A stretch of DNA of 45,080 bases from the NCBI GenBank assembly GCA_020848055.1, contig JADLBB010000227.1, forward strand, positions 1-45,080, given 5' to 3'. A program made the translations under genes and the position numbers. Source of the stretch: Chloroflexota bacterium. Lineage in GTDB: Bacteria > Chloroflexota > Limnocylindria > QHBO01. Positions 29,726 through 45,080 of the stretch are shown here, in pieces. Within the stretch, counting starts at the first letter, position 1. The number at the start of each line of letters is the position of its first letter. The notes under the pieces were generated by a model, which did no database searches, was not told the origin of the DNA, and saw only the letters and a program-made list of their open reading frames with translations.

Positions 29726-30349
29726 CTACTTCGCCTTCCGGACCAGCAGCAGCCCGTTGCGCGCGCCGGGGACCGCGCCCCTGACCAGGATGAGGTTGCG
29801 CTCGGGGTCGATCCTGATGACCTTGAGCTTCTTGACGGTAACCTGCTCGTCACCCATGTGGCCCGCCATGCGGGTCCCCTTCCAGACCCGGCCCGGAAAC
29901 GTTCCGGCCCCGACCGAGCCGGGGGCTCGATGGTGGTCGGAGCCATGGGTCTTGGGTCCGCGGCGGAAGTTGTGGCGCGCGATGACCCCGGTGAAGCCGT
30001 GGCCCTTGCTCACCCCGGTCACGTCGACCAGCTCGCCGGCCTCGAACAGGTCCACGCCGACCTGCTGGCCAACCTCGTACTCGGTCGCGCCGTCCAGGCG
30101 GAACTCGCGGACGTGCCTCGGGTGCTGATGCGCCTTGTCGAGGTGCTTGAACTGGCCGGCCACCGGCTTGGTCGAGCGGCGCGCGGTACCGGCGCCGAGC
30201 TGCACGGCACTGTAGCCGTCCTGCTCGATGCTGCGGACGCGGGTCACGGTGTTCGGGGTCGCCTCGATGACGCTCACCGGGACGACGCTGCCGTCGTCCG
30301 CGAAGATGCGCGTCATTCCAAGCTTCCGTCCGATCAATCCTGCCGGCAC
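29726..30349 (-). CDS. rplC: 50S ribosomal protein L3
   Basis: 207 aa with GTG start at 30349. (M)[15 protein letters not shown].... Confidence 0.97.
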   Translation of the reverse strand: MPAGLIGRKLGMTRIFADDGSVVPVSVIEATPNTVTRVRSIEQDGYSAVQLGAGTARRSTKPVAGQFKHLDKAHQHPRHVREFRLDGATEYEVGQQVGVDLFEAGELVDVTGVSKGHGFTGVIARHNFRRGPKTHGSDHHRAPGSVGAGTFPGRVWKGTRMAGHMGDEQVTVKKLKVIRIDPERNLILVRGAVPGARNGLLLVRKAK

Positions 30350-30388
30350 TGTGGTTGGTTCCTTCCTGCGATGGCGGAACGTCCCTCG

Positions 30389-30407
30389 CTGGCCCGCGAC
30401 GGGCCAG
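30389..30407 (-). other. perfect 8-bp hairpin in the rpsJ-rplC spacer
   Basis: The minus strand reads CTGGCCCG-TCG-CGGGCCAG. No U-tract follows. Function unknown. Confidence 0.3.
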
Positions 30408-30419
30408 GCGCAGGGTCGT

Positions 30420-30728
30420 TCACATCTTGATCTCGATGTCGACGCCGGCCGCCAGCGACAGCCGCATCAGCGCATCGACCGTCTTCGACGACGGATCGAT
30501 GATGTCGATGAGGCGCTTGTGCGTCCGGATCTCGAACTGCTCTCGGCCGTCCTTGTGGACGAACGGGCCGCGAATCACGGTGTACTTCTCGATGCGGGTC
30601 GGCAACGGGACCGGGCCGGCGATGTCGGCGCCGGTCCGCTGCGCGGTCTCCACGATCTGCTCGGCCGACTGGTCGAGCAGCTTGTGGTCGTACGCCTTGA
30701 GCCGGATGCGGATGCGCTGCTTGGCCAT
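30420..30728 (-). CDS. rpsJ: 30S ribosomal protein S10
   Basis: 102 aa. [19 protein letters not shown].... Starts only 5 nt after the tuf stop. Confidence 0.97.
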   Translation of the reverse strand: MAKQRIRIRLKAYDHKLLDQSAEQIVETAQRTGADIAGPVPLPTRIEKYTVIRGPFVHKDGREQFEIRTHKRLIDIIDPSSKTVDALMRLSLAAGVDIEIKM

Positions 30729-30733
30729 GGCGT

Positions 30734-31936
30734 CTAGCCGGTTACCTCGGTGATGACGCCGGCGCCGACGGTGTGACCGCCCTCGCGGATGGCGAAGCGC
30801 TGGCCCTGCTCGATGGCGATCGGCGTGATCAGCTCGACGTCGATGTTGACGTTGTCGCCGGGCATGATCATCTCGACGCCCGCGGGCAGGATGATCGCGC
30901 CGGTCACGTCGGTCGTGCGCAGGTAGAACTGCGGACGGTAGCCGGCGTAGAACGGCGTGTGGCGACCGCCCTCCTCCTTGGAGAGCACGTAGACCTCGGC
31001 CTTGAACTTGGTGCCCGGCTTGACGCTGCCCTTCTTGGCGAGGACCTGGCCGCGCTCGAGCTCGTCGCGCTCGATGCCGCGCAGGAGCAGGCCGACGTTG
31101 TCGCCGGCCTCGCCGGTGTCGAGTGTCTTCTTGAACATCTCGACGCCGGTCACGACCAGGTCGCGGGTCTTCTCGTGGATGCCCACCAGCTCGACCGTCT
31201 CACCGGTGTTCACGACGCCGCGCTCAATGCGGCCGGTGGCGACCGTGCCGCGACCCTTGATGCCGAAGACGTCCTCGATCGGCATGAGGAAGGGCTTCTC
31301 GGTCTCGCGGATCGGGGTCGGGATGTACGAGTCGACGGCCGCCATCAGCTCCTTGATCGAGGCGTAGTCCTCGCTCTCCGGATCGGTGCTGGTCGACTCG
31401 AGCGCGCGCAGGGCCGAGCCGCGCACGACCGGGATGTCGTCGCCGGGGAACTCGTACTTGGTGAGGAGCTCGCGCACCTCCATCTCGACGAGGTCGACGA
31501 GCATCTCGTCATCGACCATGTCGACCTTGTTGAGGTAGACGACCAGGCTCGGAACCTCGACCTGGCGCGCCAGCAGGATGTGCTCGCGCGTCTGCGGCAT
31601 CGGGCCGTCGGCGGCCGACACGACCAGGATCGCGCCATCCATCTGGGCGGCACCGGTGATCATGTTCTTGATGTAGTCGGCGTGGCCGGGGCAGTCGACG
31701 TGGGCGTAGTGCCGGTTCGCCGTCTGGTACTCGACGTGGCTGATGGCGATGGTGATGCCGCGCTGGCGCTCCTCGGGAGCGTTGTCGATCTGGTCGAAGG
31801 CACGGAAGTCGGCACCGCCCTGCAGCGACAGGTACTTGGTGATCGCTGCGGTCAGCGTGGTCTTGCCGTGGTCGACGTGCCCGATCGTGCCGACGTTGAC
31901 GTGCGGCTTGCTGCGGTCGAACTTCTGCTTGGCCAT
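30734..31936 (-). CDS. tuf: elongation factor Tu
   Basis: 400 aa. ...[17 protein letters not shown]..., DCPGH, NKVD. Confidence 0.98.
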   Translation of the reverse strand: MAKQKFDRSKPHVNVGTIGHVDHGKTTLTAAITKYLSLQGGADFRAFDQIDNAPEERQRGITIAISHVEYQTANRHYAHVDCPGHADYIKNMITGAAQMDGAILVVSAADGPMPQTREHILLARQVEVPSLVVYLNKVDMVDDEMLVDLVEMEVRELLTKYEFPGDDIPVVRGSALRALESTSTDPESEDYASIKELMAAVDSYIPTPIRETEKPFLMPIEDVFGIKGRGTVATGRIERGVVNTGETVELVGIHEKTRDLVVTGVEMFKKTLDTGEAGDNVGLLLRGIERDELERGQVLAKKGSVKPGTKFKAEVYVLSKEEGGRHTPFYAGYRPQFYLRTTDVTGAIILPAGVEMIMPGDNVNIDVELITPIAIEQGQRFAIREGGHTVGAGVITEVTG

Positions 31937-31989
31937 GGTTGGTCCTTCGTCGCTCCTGTTGTTGTTTCGTCCGATGCGTTGAGGTGTCT

Positions 31990-34095
<2,106 letters not shown>

Positions 34096-34099
34096 CGGC

Positions 34100-34573
34100 T
34101 CACCACTTGAAGTGGCTGAAGGCGCGGTTGGCCTCCGCCATGCGGTGGGTGTCCTCGCGGCGCTTGACCGCGGCGCCCAGGCCGTTGCTGGCGTCCATGA
34201 GCTCGGCGGCGAGCTTGTCGCTCATGCTCTTGCCGTGTCGCTTGCGTGCCGAGTCGATGAGCCAGCGCATGCCGAGGCTGACCCGACGGTCCGCGCGGAC
34301 CTCGACCGGGATCTGGTACGTCGAGCCACCGACGCGCTTGGGCTTGACCTCGATCAGCGGCATCGCGTTGCGCAGCGCCTGCTCCAGGACCTCGACGCCG
34401 GCCCGTCCGGCCTGCTGCTCGCAGCGGGCCAGGGCGCCCTCCAGTATCCGATGCGCGAGCTGGCGCTTGCCGCCGTACATCAACTTGTTGGTGAACTGGT
34501 CGAGCGTCAGTGCCGTGCCGGTCAGATCCTCGGCGTACTTGGTCTTGCGCGCGATGGTGGGGCGTCGTGGCAT
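34100..34573 (-). CDS. rpsG: 30S ribosomal protein S7
   Basis: Track ORF trimmed to the ATG at 34573..34571 ([10 protein letters not shown]...). 157 aa ending ...AFSHFKW. Confidence 0.97.
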   Translation of the reverse strand: MPRRPTIARKTKYAEDLTGTALTLDQFTNKLMYGGKRQLAHRILEGALARCEQQAGRAGVEVLEQALRNAMPLIEVKPKRVGGSTYQIPVEVRADRRVSLGMRWLIDSARKRHGKSMSDKLAAELMDASNGLGAAVKRREDTHRMAEANRAFSHFKW

Positions 34574-34577
34574 GGGT

Positions 34578-34997
34578 CTAGCGGCTGGCCGGCGCCTTGG
34601 CGCCGTACTTGCTGCGACCCTGCTTGCGATCGCGCACACCGGCCGCGTCGAGCGTGCCGCGAATGATGTGGTACTTGACCGCCGGCAGGTCGCGCACCTT
34701 GCCGCCGCGCACGAGCACCATCGAGTGCTCCTGCAGGTTGTGTCCGATGCCGGGAATGTAGGCGGTGACCTCCATGCCATTCGTCAGCCGCACGCGCGCC
34801 ACCTTCCGAAGCGCCGAGTTCGGCTTCTTCGGGGTGCGCGTCATGACCTGCAGGCACACGCCGCGACGCTGCGGAGCGCCACGGCCGGAACTGGTCGTCT
34901 GCTTGAGGGTGTTCAGCGTCCGACGCAGGGCCGGCGCCTTCACCTTCTTGACCGACGGCTTGCGCCCCTTGCGGACCAGCTGGCTGATGGTTGGCAA
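34578..34997 (-). CDS. rpsL: 30S ribosomal protein S12
   Basis: 139 aa (M)[11 protein letters not shown]...[10 protein letters not shown].... TTG start (plus-strand caa at 34995..34997), with GAGG 7 nt upstream. Confidence 0.97.
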   Translation of the reverse strand: MPTISQLVRKGRKPSVKKVKAPALRRTLNTLKQTTSSGRGAPQRRGVCLQVMTRTPKKPNSALRKVARVRLTNGMEVTAYIPGIGHNLQEHSMVLVRGGKVRDLPAVKYHIIRGTLDAAGVRDRKQGRSKYGAKAPASR

Positions 34998-35134
34998 CGA
35001 AGGACCTCTCGCGACGGCGTCGCGTTGCTACTGAGCGGTTGGATGACCTTGGCAATGATCGCGTGATGCCCACGCCGGTCCCGCAGGGGCCGATATGGGG
35101 CTGCTCCCGGGATCGATGCTGGCACCGACCGTGA

Positions 35135-35168
35135 GGCACACACGAAGGCGTCCCGCAGGCGGGACACC
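35135..35168 (-). promoter_or_regulatory. 5'-leader hairpin plus GU-rich tract of the rpsL operon
   Basis: The minus strand reads GGTGTCCCG-CCTG-CGGGACGCC (9 bp including one G-U) followed directly by TTCGTGTGTGCC. It starts about 9 nt after the -10 box. Confidence 0.5.
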
Positions 35169-35176
35169 GACAATGG

Positions 35177-35206
35177 AGTATACGTAAAGGCCCGCGCGAG
35201 TGTCAA
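35177..35206 (-). promoter_or_regulatory. sigma-70-type promoter of rpsL-rpsG-fusA-tuf (TTGACA-18 nt-TATACT)
   Basis: The minus strand reads CAATTGACACTCGCGCGGGCCTTTACGTATACTCC. It has a perfect -35 and a 5/6 -10, about 175 nt upstream of the rpsL TTG. Confidence 0.7.
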
Positions 35207-35271
35207 TTGAGGCCCAGCCGGTTCGATCTGGGTGACGGCCGAACCGCCAGCGACTACCCTGTTGCCAGTCC

Positions 35272-35571
35272 ATGCCGGCTCCCATCGCGCTCACCCTGGC
35301 GTACCTGGCCGTGAACCTGGCGCTCACGGCCTGGATCGAGCGCGAGCGAGCCGCCGCGCGAAGCGTGCCCCCCACCCTCGCCACCGTCGCGGGCGTCGCC
35401 CGATGGGGTCCGCCGGCGGCGGGCGCCATCTACCTGCTCATCATCGCCAACGATTGGGCCTTCATCGGCTTCGTGGCGTTCTTCTTCGGCGTGGGTGCGT
35501 GGCTCATGAACGGCATGCTGGCGTACACCAACGACCGCCCGGACGACCAGCGGAGGCGCGACCGCCCGTAG
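35272..35571 (+). CDS. small membrane protein (99 aa), unknown function; the only plus-strand gene
   Basis: Nearly all third codon positions are G/C. Hydrophobic segments are IALTLAYLAVNLALTAWI and AIYLLIIANDWAFIGFVAFFFGVGAWLM. Sits in the rpoC-rpsL gap. No obvious SD sequence. Confidence 0.55.
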   Translation: MPAPIALTLAYLAVNLALTAWIERERAAARSVPPTLATVAGVARWGPPAAGAIYLLIIANDWAFIGFVAFFFGVGAWLMNGMLAYTNDRPDDQRRRDRP

Positions 35572-35599
35572 GGACGGCCGCGACCTGCGCCGGCAGGGC

Positions 35600-40051
<4,452 letters not shown>

Positions 40052-40058
40052 GTGCGCG

Positions 40059-43538
<3,480 letters not shown>

Positions 43539-43587
43539 TCAGTACTCCTGGAAGAAGGCATGGTGAGGCGCGGACACGCGAACGAGG

Positions 43588-43617
43588 AGTGTATAGCAAC
43601 CCCGGGCGCTTCGTCAA
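43588..43617 (-). promoter_or_regulatory. candidate internal promoter for rpoBC (TTGACG-18 nt-TACACT, or 16 nt-TATACA)
   Basis: The minus strand reads GGTTGACGAAGCGCCCGGGGTTGCTATACACTCC, about 50 nt upstream of the rpoB ATG. The -35 sits in the loop/3' arm of the hairpin CGCTTCG-GTTGA-CGAAGCG (43607..43625). Confidence 0.5.
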
Positions 43618-43670
43618 CCGAAGCGGTTCTGAGGTATTAGGTCATGGCCCCGGCCCGATGTGCTCCGGGG

Positions 43671-43813
43671 GCACGCATGGGCCAAGCGAGGATCTCGCCG
43701 CGGCTGTTCCATGGCCACCCCGTGCCACCCTGGCACAAGCCGGGCACGCAGAGCCGCGCATCAGGCGCTGCCAGCCGCCTGCTTCTCCGATGCGTGCTCC
43801 CCCGGCACGCGCG
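43671..43813. repeat. 143-nt structured direct repeat, copy A (rplL-rpoB spacer)
   Basis: Aligns without gaps to 43906..44048. I count 113/143 identities, and the last 42 nt are identical. Flanked by an imperfect inverted repeat, 43660..43678 against 43790..43808. Confidence 0.85.
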
Positions 43814-43852
43814 GCGCTTGCTCCCGGCACCACTCACATCTCGTCCAGACCC

Positions 43853-43892
43853 CCGTTGATTCCAAGGGCACTCCGTTGATTCCGAGAGCAGC
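43853..43892. repeat. two tandem 20-nt direct repeats sharing CCGTTGATTCC
   Basis: ccgttgattccaagggcact followed by ccgttgattccgagagcagc (16/20 identical). A locally AT-richer island between the two 143-nt copies. Confidence 0.8.
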
Positions 43893-43905
43893 TGTTGCCC
43901 CGCAG

Positions 43906-44048
43906 GCATGCATCGGCCAAGCAGAGATCCGGAGGACCCGACTCCATGGCTGCCTTGTGCGGCCACCGCACAAACCGGGCACGCCGAACCGCGCACAAGG
44001 CGCTGACAGCCGCCTGCTTCTCCGATGCGTGCTCCCCCGGCACGCGCG
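43906..44048. repeat. 143-nt structured direct repeat, copy B
   Basis: See copy A. The offset between copies is exactly 235 nt. Confidence 0.85.
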
Positions 44049-44080
44049 AGAACCGGCCGCGCGAACTCGCAGGGAAGGAC

Positions 44081-44110
44081 AGGGCCGGCCCCGCGGACGG
44101 GGCCGGCCCT
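44081..44110 (-). terminator. 13-bp perfect GC hairpin just downstream of rplL (terminator/attenuator candidate)
   Basis: AGGGCCGGCCCCG-(4 nt)-CGGGGCCGGCCCT, 22 nt after the rplL stop. On the minus strand it is followed by GTCCTTCCCT, which is pyrimidine-rich but has no clean U-run. Confidence 0.5.
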
Positions 44111-44132
44111 GGCGCCGGGGTCGAGCGGCGCG

Positions 44133-44534
44133 CTACTTGATCTCGACGGTCGCCCCGGCCTCGGCCAGCTTCTCCTTGACCTGCTCGGCCTCCTCCTTGG
44201 CCACGCCCTCCTTGACCGCCTTGGGGGCTGCGTCGACGAGGTCCTTGGCCTCCTTGAGGCCCAGGCCGGTGAGCTCGCGCACGGCCTTGATCACGAGGAT
44301 CTTGTTCGCGCCGACGTCGGTCAGCACCGCGTCGAACTCGGTCTGCTCCTCTTCGGCCGCGGCGGCCGCGCCGTCGCCGCCACCAGCGACCGGGGCAGCC
44401 GCAACTGCCACCGGGGCGGCGGCGGTCACGCCGTAGCGCTCCTCGAAGGCCTTCACCAGCTCGCTCAGCTCGAGGACGGTCATGCTGTCGATCGCCTCGA
44501 GGATCGCGTCCTTGTCCAGGGTCTTGGTCGCCAT
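44133..44534 (-). CDS. rplL: 50S ribosomal protein L7/L12
   Basis: 133 aa. Ala-rich hinge ...[16 protein letters not shown]..., then ...[22 protein letters not shown].... AAGGAGAA RBS. Confidence 0.97.
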   Translation of the reverse strand: MATKTLDKDAILEAIDSMTVLELSELVKAFEERYGVTAAAPVAVAAAPVAGGGDGAAAAAEEEQTEFDAVLTDVGANKILVIKAVRELTGLGLKEAKDLVDAAPKAVKEGVAKEEAEQVKEKLAEAGATVEIK

Positions 44535-44570
44535 CTGAATCGGTTCTCCTTGTTCGTTGCGTCGGGGCGG

Positions 44571-45080
44571 CTAGGCCGCGGACTCGTTGGTTCGTTTCTT
44601 GTCGGCGACCGCGGCGAGCACACCAACCAGGTTGCGCAGGTTGGCTGCCAGCACGCCGGCCATGCCGGTCAGGGGTGCGGCCATCCCGCCGGCGAGCCTG
44701 CCGAGCAGGACGTCGCGCGACGGGAGAGTCGCCAGTCGGTTGAGCGCGGCGGCGTCGATAGCAGTGCTGCCGAGCATCCCGCCGCGCACCGACACGACGC
44801 GCGAGTACGGACGCAGGGCATCGGCGACGGCCTTGGCCATGGCGGCCTCGTCGCCGTCGATCGTGGCCAGTGCGGTCGGCCCGTCGAGCATCGGCTTGAG
44901 CTCGGAGCGGCCGGCCTCGTCGGCGGCGATCTTGAGCAGGCGGTTCTTGGCCACGGTCAGGCGGACGCCGCCGTCACGCAGCGTGCGACGCACCTGCTGC
45001 ATATCGGCGACCTTGAGGCCGCGGTAGTCGGCCACGGCGATGGCCGAGCTCGAGCGGAGCAGCTCCGCCAGCTCGGTCAC
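44571..45080 (-). CDS. rplJ: 50S ribosomal protein L10 (N-terminus cut by window end)
   Basis: ...AELLRSSSAIAVADYRGLKVADMQQVRRTLR..GV.L.V.KN.L.... Confidence 0.93.
   Translation of the reverse strand: MTELAELLRSSSAIAVADYRGLKVADMQQVRRTLRDGGVRLTVAKNRLLKIAADEAGRSELKPMLDGPTALATIDGDEAAMAKAVADALRPYSRVVSVRGGMLGSTAIDAAALNRLATLPSRDVLLGRLAGGMAAPLTGMAGVLAANLRNLVGVLAAVADKKRTNESAA

Noticed and set aside
30729-30733. S10-operon leader (L4 autoregulatory attenuator) upstream of rpsJ.
   Set aside because: rpsJ starts 5 nt after the tuf stop, so the str and S10 operons are fused and no leader exists here.
34860-34960. Apparent ~13-aa insertion in S12 (…[27 protein letters not shown]…) relative to E. coli and Thermus.
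   Set aside because: A comparable insertion at the same place exists in Bacillus-type S12 (138 aa), so this is a normal lineage variant.
35584-35597. Bidirectional terminator between the convergent small plus-strand ORF and rpoC (CCTGC-GCCG-GCAGG).
   Set aside because: The stem is only 5 bp with no U/A tracts on either side, which is too weak to call.
43671-44048. CRISPR array.
   Set aside because: There are only two copies, each 143 nt long and 79% identical, with a 92-nt spacer. No cas genes are present. This does not fit CRISPR architecture.
43637-44140. ORFs inside the rplL-rpoB spacer: 43637..43996 (minus strand, 119 aa), 43644..43859 (plus strand), 43834..44043 (minus strand), 43895..44140 (plus strand) and others.
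   Set aside because: The two repeat copies are offset by 235 nt, which is not a multiple of 3. Equivalent frames hit a stop in one copy (…EKQAAGSA* against …EKQAAVSALCAV…). Substitutions are not concentrated at third positions and instead preserve base pairing, so an RNA/DNA-level element is more likely.

Overview
High-GC (roughly 70% by eye) bacterial chromosomal segment. Every convincing gene except one lies on the minus strand. Read in the direction of transcription (high to low coordinates) the order is rplJ(partial)-rplL, rpoB-rpoC, rpsL-rpsG-fusA-tuf, then the S10/spc/alpha ribosomal-protein block (rpsJ through rplQ, including secY-adk-map-infA-rpmJ), then truA, rplM-rpsI, cdaA-cdaR-glmM-glmS, acpS-nnrD-alr. 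The window ends with a tightly overlapping operon of unknown function at 5510..1: a degenerate macro domain, a small protein, four membrane proteins, a GlmL/MutL-like ATPase and one further truncated gene. Many ORF-track entries are over-extended at the 5' end, so I trimmed starts to canonical N-termini and to 4-nt start/stop overlaps read from the sequence. The long plus-strand ORFs are antisense shadow ORFs. I found no rRNA, tRNA, CRISPR array, transposase or integrase. Three things deserve a second look. (1) The uncharacterised seven-to-eight-gene operon at 1..5510. (2) Two 143-nt structured direct repeats in the unusually long (594 nt) rplL-rpoB spacer, which show compensatory base-pair changes and mutually exclusive pairings. 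(3) A shared TATACTCC promoter plus 5'-terminal hairpin plus GU-rich tract in front of rpsL and infA, with related words in front of rpoB. Lineage is inference only: gene order is Terrabacteria/Actinomycetota-like, and the CdaA-type diadenylate cyclase, zinc-ribbon L24, type-Z S14 and a very long helical beta-prime insertion suggest a deep-branching high-GC lineage.
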